The notes under the pieces: generated by a model
Databases searched by the model: none
The model's input: only the letters and a program-made list of their open reading frames with translations
What the model was told of the DNA's origin: nothing
IMG/VR virus record: IMGVR_UViG_3300004155_000002
Reading direction: 5' to 3' (one strand)
From: a virus
Length of the DNA: 42,401 nucleotides
Program-made: the position numbers and the translations under genes
Shown: positions 24,651 to 33,251 of the stretch, in pieces
Position numbering within the stretch: the first letter of the stretch is position 1
Layout: each line of letters starts with the position of its first letter

Positions 24651-27263
24651 ATGACGGAAATTGCGAAACCAGCGGAACGCCCACGGTGGGCATCGGATGT
24701 CTCGGCGGACGTGATAACACCTTCGAGTGGAAAGCAGGATACGGGCTGGGTTCAAGAATATCCACCCCTCCAATATTTCAATTGGCTCGGAAAATACACC
24801 CATGAATGGCTCAACTACCTCGAAAGAAATACCGATGCCAGTCTCGGCGGCGGCGGTCCGATTGCGGGCGTGGCAATCAATGTGGGCGTCATTCTCCCCA
24901 CTACGGGTATCACGCCAGTTGACACCGAAGGGCTGGCGGCGACGGACGATCTTGCCGCAATCAATCCTTCGAACCTCGCCGAAGGTCGGATCTGTCTCAT
25001 TCATTCGGTCAATGCGGCGCGAGTTATCACTGTCAAACACATGAGCGGTGCGATCACGGGCCAGATCAACCTTCGCCTCGGTGCCGATATTGTGTTGGAC
25101 GATCCCAAAAAAGTGCTAGTGCTGGTGCGAAACGGCACACAATGGGATGAGCTTTTCGGGTTCCTCGGCAGCGATCCCGCGCCTTATTTGTCGGCTGATC
25201 TCGACGTACAGACGAAGAAAATCACCACGACTACGGTTGACGGGGACGTGATCATTGAACCCAACGGCACGGGTTCACTCTCGCCCCTCACCACAGGCAA
25301 GGCCCTCGGAAAATCAGCGCAACGGTGGAATGCCTTTTTGTCGGGCGCAAACGTGGCTGGCGATATTTCCGCCGAGGCGGACGGCACCAGGGATCTCGGT
25401 GCAACGGGGACGCGCTGGCGCGCGCTGTACACCGACAAGGTTTATGCAACGGATTGGGTTCATACGGGATACCTCGACTGCGAAACGCTTGGGGACACCC
25501 TGAATATCGGCGCAACAAACGCCTCGCTTATAAACATCGGGCGAACCGGCGCAACCATTGCGCTGTATGGCTCGATCACCGAGGTTCACACAACCAACAC
25601 ATATGTGACCGACAAACTTCTCACCCTCAATGATGGCGGTCTCGCCACCAGCGGCGACGGCGCGGGCATCGAAATCGAAGAAGGCGGATCGGCAACCGCG
25701 TATATCAAGGTTTCCTCCAATCGAAACAAATGGAGTTTCAAGGCCCCCAATGACGCGGCCGTGGTCAGCATTGGGTCCGAGGCGGCGGTTGTCGGTGATA
25801 TCGGTTTGGTATCTTCCGTTTTAACCTTTATGAGTACGGGATTCTCTTTCAAAAATTCAGCGGGTACGGTGATTGCTAGCGCCGTTGACGCGGGAGGCTG
25901 GACATTTGGCCCGAGCGGATATGCCGGTGCCCACACGATCCGTGGAAAAAATATGGAGGCGGCGAACGCTTTTGATGCCGCTTTAATTGTGACCGGCCAG
26001 GGAACGGGAACCATTCCGGGAGTCATTAGGTTTGGGTTCAATGAGACAACGGGACGAGGCGTAATCCGTGGCTACCGAAATGCCACGGCTGCAGGTGGTT
26101 GCGAGTTTCATTCGGGCACTGCTAACGTGGGTTTTCATGATGAAAACGGCGCATGGACGTGGGGGCCTCCCTCAAATACTCCATACACCACATATCACAC
26201 TGTATCAAAAAGCATTTTTGCACAAACCTCGGCGACCGCAAATGACTCTGACGGTGCCATAAGAATTGGAGCAAATACCTACCATGCATCGGGGGCACCG
26301 AGCCGGAAAACCGGGATAGGCGGCGCGAGTATTGGATTTTTTCCGCGAACGACAGACACGGCAAACAGCCTTATATTCTACAATAACTTGGCGGCGGACG
26401 GGGATGTAGCGGCGGGCGTAAACGGATCTGTCACGCAGGTAGGATCTTGGATTCTTGGGGCAATCAACTCATATGGGTTCCATATGACACCCGGTGATTG
26501 CCCGAATCAGATCACGGCAGTTCTAGCAAACTGCCGTCCTTCTGGCGGTGCCGATGGCCGTAGCTTTTCAACAAGGGCTGGCGGAGGTATTTTATGCCTT
26601 GCCGCGCTTACAAATAGCGCAAATTGTATAGAATTCCACGCCAATCAGGACGATGATGGGGTTGATACCGACGCGGATTTAATCGGGTTCGCTTTGCCAA
26701 CAGGAGCGTTTACCTTCGGGCCGTCTGCCGGTGCCGATGTGCAACATGTGTTTTTCTCAAGCAAAGCGGGCACGGGCATCGGCGATGCATTTGTCAACCT
26801 CAGATCTACTGGATCAGCGTCTAATCAGAAGTATTTGCAGTTTCAGCATAGTTCAACTACGGCAGCCGGTGGCATTCAGAGAAATGGCACGGGTTCGGAT
26901 TGGGTTGCATTTAGCGGTTCGGATAGGCGAATCAAAAAAGAAATCACCCCGCTTGAGTCCCAATGGAATAAGGTCAAAAGCATCAAGCTGTGTCGGTATC
27001 AGTTCAAGTATGGCGGCGAAGGTATCGGCCCAATTGCTCAGGAATTGAACGAGATCTACCCTGAAAAGGTGAACAAGTACGATGATGGCGCTGGCGAGGA
27101 CGTTCCTAAAGGCGTGCAGCCGTGGGAAATCACGCACGGTTGGTCATATGAAACGCTATCCGTTGTTCAAGAGTTAATGGGAAGGTGTGAGAATTATGAT
27201 TCAACAATTCGTTCCCTTCAGAGCACGGTGTCAAATCTAATGGCAAGGCTAGGTGCGTGTTAG
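24651..27263 (+). CDS. Tail fibre protein with a C-terminal intramolecular chaperone auto-processing (Peptidase S74-like) domain
   Basis: 870 aa, Gly/Thr/Ala/Asn-rich. From about 26919: SDRRIKKEITPLESQWNKVKSIKLCRYQFKY...GIGPIAQELNEIYPEKV, then a coiled-coil tail. Confidence 0.8.
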   Translation: MTEIAKPAERPRWASDVSADVITPSSGKQDTGWVQEYPPLQYFNWLGKYTHEWLNYLERNTDASLGGGGPIAGVAINVGVILPTTGITPVDTEGLAATDDLAAINPSNLAEGRICLIHSVNAARVITVKHMSGAITGQINLRLGADIVLDDPKKVLVLVRNGTQWDELFGFLGSDPAPYLSADLDVQTKKITTTTVDGDVIIEPNGTGSLSPLTTGKALGKSAQRWNAFLSGANVAGDISAEADGTRDLGATGTRWRALYTDKVYATDWVHTGYLDCETLGDTLNIGATNASLINIGRTGATIALYGSITEVHTTNTYVTDKLLTLNDGGLATSGDGAGIEIEEGGSATAYIKVSSNRNKWSFKAPNDAAVVSIGSEAAVVGDIGLVSSVLTFMSTGFSFKNSAGTVIASAVDAGGWTFGPSGYAGAHTIRGKNMEAANAFDAALIVTGQGTGTIPGVIRFGFNETTGRGVIRGYRNATAAGGCEFHSGTANVGFHDENGAWTWGPPSNTPYTTYHTVSKSIFAQTSATANDSDGAIRIGANTYHASGAPSRKTGIGGASIGFFPRTTDTANSLIFYNNLAADGDVAAGVNGSVTQVGSWILGAINSYGFHMTPGDCPNQITAVLANCRPSGGADGRSFSTRAGGGILCLAALTNSANCIEFHANQDDDGVDTDADLIGFALPTGAFTFGPSAGADVQHVFFSSKAGTGIGDAFVNLRSTGSASNQKYLQFQHSSTTAAGGIQRNGTGSDWVAFSGSDRRIKKEITPLESQWNKVKSIKLCRYQFKYGGEGIGPIAQELNEIYPEKVNKYDDGAGEDVPKGVQPWEITHGWSYETLSVVQELMGRCENYDSTIRSLQSTVSNLMARLGAC

Positions 27264-27335
27264 AATGTTTTGCAAAGCGGTTTGATTCATTATATAGTGC
27301 AGAAACAACTGTCAACCACCGAAAGGAACCGAAAA

Positions 27336-27722
27336 ATGATCAAGATCTCCACAGTCAAAAACCCTCAGTTCGCAGTGTCGTTTTCGAAACTCATGAGCGC
27401 CCCCCTCAAAGGCAAAACGATGTTTGCCCTTCGCCGGATGTCTAAGGCATTCGAAAATGGTGTTTCGATATTCGAGGAAACCCGAAAGGCGATTTGTGAG
27501 AATGCTTCGCTCAAAGACGAGGAAGGGAAAGCCATCATTGCCGAGGGGAAATATGCGATCCCCGAGGAGGCGATGGCAGGTGTCACAAATTTGATTGCCG
27601 AGGCGGCAGAATCAACCGTAGAAATCGGCAACCCCATACCGTTTTCCGATGTGGAAGATGCTAAACTGACCACAATAGATCTGATCGTACTCGAAGCGAT
27701 CATTGAGGAACCTACCGAATGA
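27336..27722 (+). CDS. Hypothetical protein (128 aa) between the fibre and lysis genes
   Basis: ATG 27336 has AGGAA upstream. Helical, acidic C-terminus. Trimmed from track ORF 27270-27722. Confidence 0.5.
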   Translation: MIKISTVKNPQFAVSFSKLMSAPLKGKTMFALRRMSKAFENGVSIFEETRKAICENASLKDEEGKAIIAEGKYAIPEEAMAGVTNLIAEAAESTVEIGNPIPFSDVEDAKLTTIDLIVLEAIIEEPTE

Positions 27723-27732
27723 GGTTTTGACC

Positions 27733-27981
27733 ATGACGGGAAAAGATTTGCTTACCGCTGCAGATATTGCCGTTCAATATTCGCAACCGGCCCTAGTGGT
27801 TGTGACTGGCGCGCTTTGTAGTTTGATATGGTGGGGAGCAAATCGGCTCGTTGATAGGTTGGATTCTATTGAGGCGGCTTTTCAGGCCGCCCAATTGTCA
27901 ACGCAAGTCACCCTCACCGAGCATGGTGTTAAGATTGTTTCCATTGAAGATCTAATAAAACAACATATTTCTGCAAACTAA
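27733..27981 (+). CDS. Holin candidate (82 aa, one clear hydrophobic segment)
   Basis: ATG 27733 has GAGG upstream. TM-like PALVVVTGALCSLIWWGA. Lies immediately upstream of the endolysin. Confidence 0.45.
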   Translation: MTGKDLLTAADIAVQYSQPALVVVTGALCSLIWWGANRLVDRLDSIEAAFQAAQLSTQVTLTEHGVKIVSIEDLIKQHISAN

Positions 27982-27994
27982 AGCGGGGAACACA

Positions 27995-29590
27995 ATGCCA
28001 ACAAATGAAGCCTCTAAGGCGCACTTATGTGACCTATTTAATTCGGTCGCGGTGCGCGAATCCAGAAAATCAGAAGTGAAATACTACACGGACAAGTGCA
28101 TTGAAAACCGCGCAAAATACGAGGCATCGGGCGCGCCCCTCGGGGTTCCCTGGTATGTGGTTGGCATCATTGACGCGCTTGAAAATACGTTCGGCAATGG
28201 CTGGCTTGCGAATGGTGATCCCTTGACCGGCCCCACGGTGCGGGTTCCAATTGGCCTCGGGCGTGGGGAGAATTTCCCGATCTCGTGGGCGCGTGGTGCC
28301 GAGCTTTCAATGAAAAAAGACAACCTGCACGAGATCGCCGATTGGAGTCTCGGCAATCTTTTGTGGAGGGTAATGCTTTACAATGGCGACGGGTACATCG
28401 CGCGGGGCGTGGAAACTCCCTACCTTTGGTCATTTTGCACTCACTACACCAAGGGGAAATACGTCAAGGACGGCCCCGAAGGCTGGGATGCAAATGCCGT
28501 TTCTGAGCAATGTGGGGCCGCTGTTATCCTCTGGGAAATGGAACGGCGGGGCGTGATTGCGATCCCTCGTTCGCCAGGGGCAACGCCCGCGCGGTCGCCC
28601 GAGAATGTCGGCTGGCACAAATTGCAATTGATTGTAAACAACGTGCCCGAAACCATCCCGGCCGGGTTTCCCAAAATTGAAATCGGATTTATTGCAAAAC
28701 TTGCGGGCACAAATGACGACTACCGGCGCGCTCGTGTTGAGCTTCCCTCCGAATTCGTCAAGGCGTGGTTTTCTCAGTTTCCCAACGCGCACGACATCCG
28801 ATTCACCGATGAGCAAACGAAATGGCCCGGCGACCTGGCGGGAGGGGACGCGCCCCCGGCCCCCGAGATCCCGTTGCCAATGCGCCAGGGCGCGGCCGGC
28901 GCGGGTGTTTCCCGCTTGCAGGTTGAACTCAACCGAGCCATGGGAACCGGCATAGCGGTTGACGGTGATTTTGGCCCGGAAACGCTCGGCAGCGTGCGCG
29001 CCGTGCAAGCCCGCCTCGGCCTTCCGGCTACGGGCGTTGTGGATCTCCCAACGTGGGACGGGCTCAAAAAACTGCCCACGGCCGAAGCAACGGGGTTCTC
29101 GCGCTCCCGGCTGGCGGCAATTATGCAAGCCGAAGCCAACCAGGAAAATACCTGGAACGGAAACGGGCGGGCCAAAAAATACACCAAAAAATTTGAAGGC
29201 GTTTTTGGGAGCGCCCGATTTGCCTGGTGTGCCGCGTGTGTCACTTGGTGTTGCGAGCAAGCGGGGGCCAGGATGCCGGTGAGCGCACCTGGAACCGGGT
29301 ACACTTTTGCATTGGTGGAAGCATGGCAGCAATGGGCAATCGCTCGCGGATTTTGGCATGACGGCACGGCCGGCATTGCTCGCGGTGACATCGTGATTTT
29401 TGACTGGGACGGGGCCGACTATCCCGACCGGGATCAGGAAGATCACATCGGCGTTGCGCTCGCGGGCGAATCGGGCGGCTCGGTGTTGTGTGGGGAGGGC
29501 AATGTGTCCGACTCGACTGCTACGAAAACCCGCGCGAAGTCTCTCATTCAAGGCTACGTTCGTTTACCGGACGGGTTTCCTGGAGCCTGA
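27995..29590 (+). CDS. Endolysin: lysozyme-family (COG5526-like) N-domain + PG_binding_1 + CHAP
   Basis: N-domain GVPWYVVGIIDALENTF...LANGDPLTGPT...YNGDGY...PYLWS. Middle LQVELNRAMGTGIAVDGDFGPETLGSVRAVQARLGLPATGVVD. C-terminal CHAP-like FAWCAACVTWC ... DHIGVAL. Confidence 0.85.
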   Translation: MPTNEASKAHLCDLFNSVAVRESRKSEVKYYTDKCIENRAKYEASGAPLGVPWYVVGIIDALENTFGNGWLANGDPLTGPTVRVPIGLGRGENFPISWARGAELSMKKDNLHEIADWSLGNLLWRVMLYNGDGYIARGVETPYLWSFCTHYTKGKYVKDGPEGWDANAVSEQCGAAVILWEMERRGVIAIPRSPGATPARSPENVGWHKLQLIVNNVPETIPAGFPKIEIGFIAKLAGTNDDYRRARVELPSEFVKAWFSQFPNAHDIRFTDEQTKWPGDLAGGDAPPAPEIPLPMRQGAAGAGVSRLQVELNRAMGTGIAVDGDFGPETLGSVRAVQARLGLPATGVVDLPTWDGLKKLPTAEATGFSRSRLAAIMQAEANQENTWNGNGRAKKYTKKFEGVFGSARFAWCAACVTWCCEQAGARMPVSAPGTGYTFALVEAWQQWAIARGFWHDGTAGIARGDIVIFDWDGADYPDRDQEDHIGVALAGESGGSVLCGEGNVSDSTATKTRAKSLIQGYVRLPDGFPGA

Positions 29591-29785
29591 TTATTCCTTG
29601 AGGGCGGCCATAATGCGGGGAGCTTCCTCGGTCGCAACCTGAACGATGAGTGCCACGCCTTCGGTGACATCGATGTCCCGAGCCTCGGCCATGATGGCCC
29701 CAGCCTTCTTTGCGAGCTTGATGCCATCGCACACAATTCCAACGGCCGAGTGAATTCCTGCTTTCAAATTGTCAATTCCAATCAT
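29591..29785 (-). CDS. Hypothetical 64-aa protein, convergent with the endolysin and divergent from the 29.9-33.2 kb module
   Basis: GAGGTG lies 4 nt upstream of the ATG. Its stop abuts the endolysin stop with zero spacer. No family recognised. Confidence 0.5.
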   Translation of the reverse strand: MIGIDNLKAGIHSAVGIVCDGIKLAKKAGAIMAEARDIDVTEGVALIVQVATEEAPRIMAALKE

Positions 29786-29890
29786 GTATCACCTCGTGAG
29801 TGTTGCGTGCCAGACACCTGCCATGGACACGGCGCGGTGAGCGCACTACTATCATATCTGAAGCGCAACAAAAACCGCAAGGGGAAACAC

Positions 29891-30163
29891 ATGCCATCCC
29901 TCACCGTCAACCTTACCGACACATTCAAAAAAATCATCGAATTCAAAAACTATTCTGTCCTTTATTTCAACCTGGAGGTGGAAAACTTTGAAGGCCCATT
30001 TTTGGAGTTCACTTTTGGAAACCCAAACGAGGGAGCAGGGATTGAATTAAGGGTTCCTAATCAGTGTTCCCTCACCCGAGACGGACGGCCGTTAGCGGGT
30101 GTTTTGTGGGGGCGTTGCCAAACCCCTGGCAGTACCGCTGTCATTCAACTCATGATATGGTGA
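29891..30163 (+). CDS. Unknown-function module protein A (90 aa, beta-rich)
   Basis: ATG 29891 has GGGGAA upstream. Trimmed from track ORF 29750-30163. Confidence 0.55.
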   Translation: MPSLTVNLTDTFKKIIEFKNYSVLYFNLEVENFEGPFLEFTFGNPNEGAGIELRVPNQCSLTRDGRPLAGVLWGRCQTPGSTAVIQLMIW

Positions 30164-30167
30164 TGCC

Positions 30168-30665
30168 ATGAGTTCAATAACGACCAGGAAAACTACAGCC
30201 AGTGTCGCGGTTACGGACGCCGATGTTATTCTAATCGACGATCACGGCCATCGGGTCGAGATCACCGAATCCGGATCTCTGAAGGTAGCCGGAGAATTCA
30301 CGGCAACTTCCGAACCGGGAACCGTTCGGAATATTTTCGGAGAAGCGTTATCCGTTTTGGATGGGATTGAAACTACCGTTTTGCAGTTCGTGGTTTCTGC
30401 CGACACGGAATTGGCGCTTTTGCGAATTGAAACGGGAGGTGATAAGATCGCCAGGTATAGCGTGTTAATAGACAGTGTCTTGGTTGCTCGTCAGAGAACG
30501 TGGTTTAATGGATCTGGGTTGGTTGCGTGTTTTGATTTCTCGGCTCAGGATAAACGAGGTTTCGTTATTTCAGCAGGCCAAGAAGTCAAGGTAAATGTGC
30601 TTCATTCTAGATCCGGACATGGTGATTTTGAGGCAAGGGTTATCGCAATTCAAAAGGATTTATAA
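30168..30665 (+). CDS. Unknown-function module protein B (165 aa, beta-sandwich-like)
   Basis: Tightly packed after A. Alternating hydrophobic pattern. Tail ...GQEVKVNVLHSRSGHGDFEARVIAIQ resembles the C-terminus of protein D. Confidence 0.6.
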   Translation: MSSITTRKTTASVAVTDADVILIDDHGHRVEITESGSLKVAGEFTATSEPGTVRNIFGEALSVLDGIETTVLQFVVSADTELALLRIETGGDKIARYSVLIDSVLVARQRTWFNGSGLVACFDFSAQDKRGFVISAGQEVKVNVLHSRSGHGDFEARVIAIQKDL

Positions 30666-30666
30666 C

Positions 30667-30882
30667 ATGAGTTTAGCTAGTAACTTGGAGATCAAACGAA
30701 AGCAAGTAACGCTTTCGCGTTTGCAGGCCGGCGCAATGGAGATCGAGCTTTCCATTGATGAGGCTATGGCAAATATTGAAAGACTCGAGAAAAATATCAG
30801 TACAAATAAAGAAAAACAAATCGAAATAGCAGCAGAAATCGAAGCGTTGAAAAATGGCACACTTGTGCCTATCGGCCAGTAA
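30667..30882 (+). CDS. Unknown-function module protein C (71 aa, coiled coil)
   Basis: ATG 30667 lies 2 nt after the B stop. Heptad-like IELSIDEAMANIERLEKNISTNKEKQIEIAAEIEALK. Confidence 0.55.
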   Translation: MSLASNLEIKRKQVTLSRLQAGAMEIELSIDEAMANIERLEKNISTNKEKQIEIAAEIEALKNGTLVPIGQ

Positions 30883-30906
30883 CACTATTTTTGGGGGGAG
30901 AGAATC

Positions 30907-31665
30907 ATGGGAGTTGATTATCCTAGCAGTTTGCCCGTTCGCACCGAAATCGACGCGGATGAAAGGATACAGTCAAAAACCGTTGACTATACCAATCCTA
31001 CGCAAGGCATGACCGTTGATACCGATGGAAATGCACATTCCGAAGTCCATGGTAACAACCCTGCCGGAAGCGATGAAGTACTCGCGCTGTCGGAATTGGG
31101 TCGCGTGAATTCTGACGGTGTGTATGATGCTACCAATAACACCAAGCCCGCGCACGCTGGCCTCATTGGCCATACTCGCGGCGCTACTCCGGTGGACGCC
31201 GATTGTGGAAAGCGGATCACTGCTATCACATCGGGCACCGTGCATGCATTGGATGTCGCAATTAGGGACGAGGATGGCAACGCCTACTCGAATTCTAATC
31301 CCCTTCCTGTGGCACCTGGCCCCATTGCCGGCACCCGTATCCATGACTACGACACGGAAGCCGACGCCGAAAAAGACACGCCGTCGAACCATGACTACAC
31401 CGTGGCCGGGACTGCGCTAGATCTGTATAAGATCGAAGCATCCTGCTCAGGAAAGGCGAAATTTGTGCTGCAGATTTCCCTTGACGGCACATCATTCTTG
31501 CCGGTGGGCGTGAAATTCAACTCGACCGCCAACCCTAATGTGTCGTGGGATTTCGGCGAGGTGCCAATATCGGTGCCCGTGGCCGGCGTTGTTCGCCTTA
31601 TCAGGACTAACAAGGACAACGGCGACAGCGACCTGTACAGCACTATCATTGGCGTCAAGGCATAA
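30907..31665 (+). CDS. Unknown-function module protein D (252 aa, beta-rich)
   Basis: Strong RBS GGGGGAGAG. Repeated D-x-DGN motifs (VDTDGNAHSEV, IRDEDGNAYSN). The C-terminal domain is similar in pattern to B. Confidence 0.65.
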   Translation: MGVDYPSSLPVRTEIDADERIQSKTVDYTNPTQGMTVDTDGNAHSEVHGNNPAGSDEVLALSELGRVNSDGVYDATNNTKPAHAGLIGHTRGATPVDADCGKRITAITSGTVHALDVAIRDEDGNAYSNSNPLPVAPGPIAGTRIHDYDTEADAEKDTPSNHDYTVAGTALDLYKIEASCSGKAKFVLQISLDGTSFLPVGVKFNSTANPNVSWDFGEVPISVPVAGVVRLIRTNKDNGDSDLYSTIIGVKA

Positions 31666-31701
31666 GCCAACAATGCCGCAACCGCAAAGTACGCGGCGGG
31701 C

Positions 31702-31732
31702 CGCCAGGGGATTCCCTTGGCGTTTTTTTTTT
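31702..31732 (+). terminator. Strong intrinsic terminator inside the unknown-function module
   Basis: 9-bp stem CGCCAGGGG/CCCTTGGCG (one G-U pair), 3-nt loop, then a run of 10 T (31723-31732). Confidence 0.7.
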
Positions 31733-31743
31733 CAGGGGGAACC

Positions 31744-32142
31744 ATGGGGGATCTAGGTCAATTGGAGGCCGCTGAATTCGTGGCGGTCGTGGGATCGGAC
31801 TCGGTTGGAAATGAAACCAACCCGGTCAATGCCACATCGAAAGGTGAAATCAGATCGGCAGAAATGCTAAGATCTGGGGGCAGCCAGGCGTCAAAATCAA
31901 TGCTTGCAAACACCCCAATTCGCGCGGCCGTGGGATCAAGTAACCTTCCCGGTCGGAAATTCCTCACCGTGTTTGCCGAAACTGGAAAGGTATTTTGGGG
32001 GTTCACTTCTGCAGTGACCGTATCCACCGGGTTTCCAATCGAAAAGGATGCCCCGGCAAGCGTGTTTGCTTCAGGCGATGACTGTGATATTTGGTTGGTA
32101 TCGTCCGCAACCGCAACGGTGAGAATTGGGGAGTCACCATGA
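31744..32142 (+). CDS. Unknown-function module protein E (132 aa, beta-rich)
   Basis: ATG 31744 has GGGGGAA upstream. Trimmed from track ORF 31717-32142, whose first codons lie in the terminator T-run. Confidence 0.55.
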   Translation: MGDLGQLEAAEFVAVVGSDSVGNETNPVNATSKGEIRSAEMLRSGGSQASKSMLANTPIRAAVGSSNLPGRKFLTVFAETGKVFWGFTSAVTVSTGFPIEKDAPASVFASGDDCDIWLVSSATATVRIGESP

Positions 32143-32627
32143 ACCTTGTTCAACAATTCCAAGTTGCTCAATCGGTGCCGTTTGAATCGGCAGGCTTTGC
32201 CTCCCAAAATGTACGCGATGCCATTGTTGAGGCAAGGAATACTGCCGAGGGAAAGCCACGTTTCACCCTCGGCTTATCCAATAATGGAACGGTGGGAAAT
32301 GGCGCATGGATCGGATTCTCGGAATTGCTTTCGAGCCCGAGAATCCTTTTCCCACTCCCGGCAACAATCAAGGAATTTTCTTTTGTCAATTCCAATGTGA
32401 ACCTCGGCGCGTTTAATTTCGAATTCTACAAAAACGGACAACTTGCGGGCAACCTCATTGCAACCTATGTAGCGCCAGCCGGGGATCGCACTGCCGGATA
32501 CGGTTTTTTTGTTTTTTCTAGTCCGCTTTCCTTCGCTGCCGGTGATAGCATTTTTATAAAAAATGTGCGGCCATCCGGTACGGCACTATCAGATCTTGCG
32601 CTGACTTTGTATGCACAATCTAATTGA
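32139..32627 (+). CDS. Unknown-function module protein F (162 aa, jelly-roll-like pattern)
   Basis: ATGA overlap with E. FSFVNSNVNLGAFNFEFYKNGQLAGNLIATYVAP...GDSIFIKNVRPSG. Confidence 0.6.
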   Translation: MNLVQQFQVAQSVPFESAGFASQNVRDAIVEARNTAEGKPRFTLGLSNNGTVGNGAWIGFSELLSSPRILFPLPATIKEFSFVNSNVNLGAFNFEFYKNGQLAGNLIATYVAPAGDRTAGYGFFVFSSPLSFAAGDSIFIKNVRPSGTALSDLALTLYAQSN

Positions 32628-32637
32628 GGGGAAAACT

Positions 32638-33243
32638 ATGAACGTAGCGGCTCAGATTCAAAACCAAGTCAAGGTGCTTATGAGTGACTTGAACGAGCTA
32701 AATAATGCGGCTCAACAAACACAAAAATCATATTGGGCAACCGATGCTAATGTGAAGGTCGCCGCCGTGGCCGATTCCGCAACCCCGGTAACAGTTTCAA
32801 GCCGACTCACTAAGGCCCAATTTCTAGCAGGCGTAGGGCTTTGCGAACAGATTGGTAAATTTTTCGCGAACCAGGCAACAAGCCAGGCCGACAATTGCGC
32901 GACCATGCTGTCACTGCATATAGGAAACGACGCGGCATCTGCCGTGCTTTCCGAAGCTACCGAACACGTTGGCAATAACATGGTCAATCTTTGCGAGACT
33001 CTTATATCAATTCATAAGAAGTCCAGAGAATTGATTGCAGTCTATTGGGGGGCCGAATTGGGCGCGGCCGTTGCCGCTATTTCCGATTCTACGATTGTTT
33101 TTGGGGGCAATGTTACAAAATCTCAGATTTTGTCTGCGGTAACACTCATGGATAACCTGAATAAATTTTGTGAAAACTCACAGGCTGCCACGGCAGACTA
33201 TGGCGCAACCATTGCAAAATGGGCGATTGTCCCGCTAGTTTGA
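32638..33243 (+). CDS. Unknown-function module protein G (201 aa, helical, internally duplicated)
   Basis: ATG 32638 has GAGGGG upstream. Two related halves each start YW... and contain (L/V)TK(A/S)Q(F/I)L ... (GK/NK)F(F/C)(A/E)N. Confidence 0.6.
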   Translation: MNVAAQIQNQVKVLMSDLNELNNAAQQTQKSYWATDANVKVAAVADSATPVTVSSRLTKAQFLAGVGLCEQIGKFFANQATSQADNCATMLSLHIGNDAASAVLSEATEHVGNNMVNLCETLISIHKKSRELIAVYWGAELGAAVAAISDSTIVFGGNVTKSQILSAVTLMDNLNKFCENSQAATADYGATIAKWAIVPLV

Positions 33244-33251
33244 TGTGTGAA

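Noticed and set aside
28430-29551. 373-aa minus-strand ORF inside the endolysin gene
   Set aside because: It has the same codon-aligned antisense phase as the endolysin. The translation is R/P/G-rich and low-complexity with no recognisable domain. The + strand product has three clear domains.
24651-33243. Diversity-generating retroelement (fibre-type target plus unknown genes downstream)
   Set aside because: No reverse-transcriptase motif (YxDD context) appears in any ORF. I could not spot a template/variable repeat pair by eye. A proper self-alignment was not possible.
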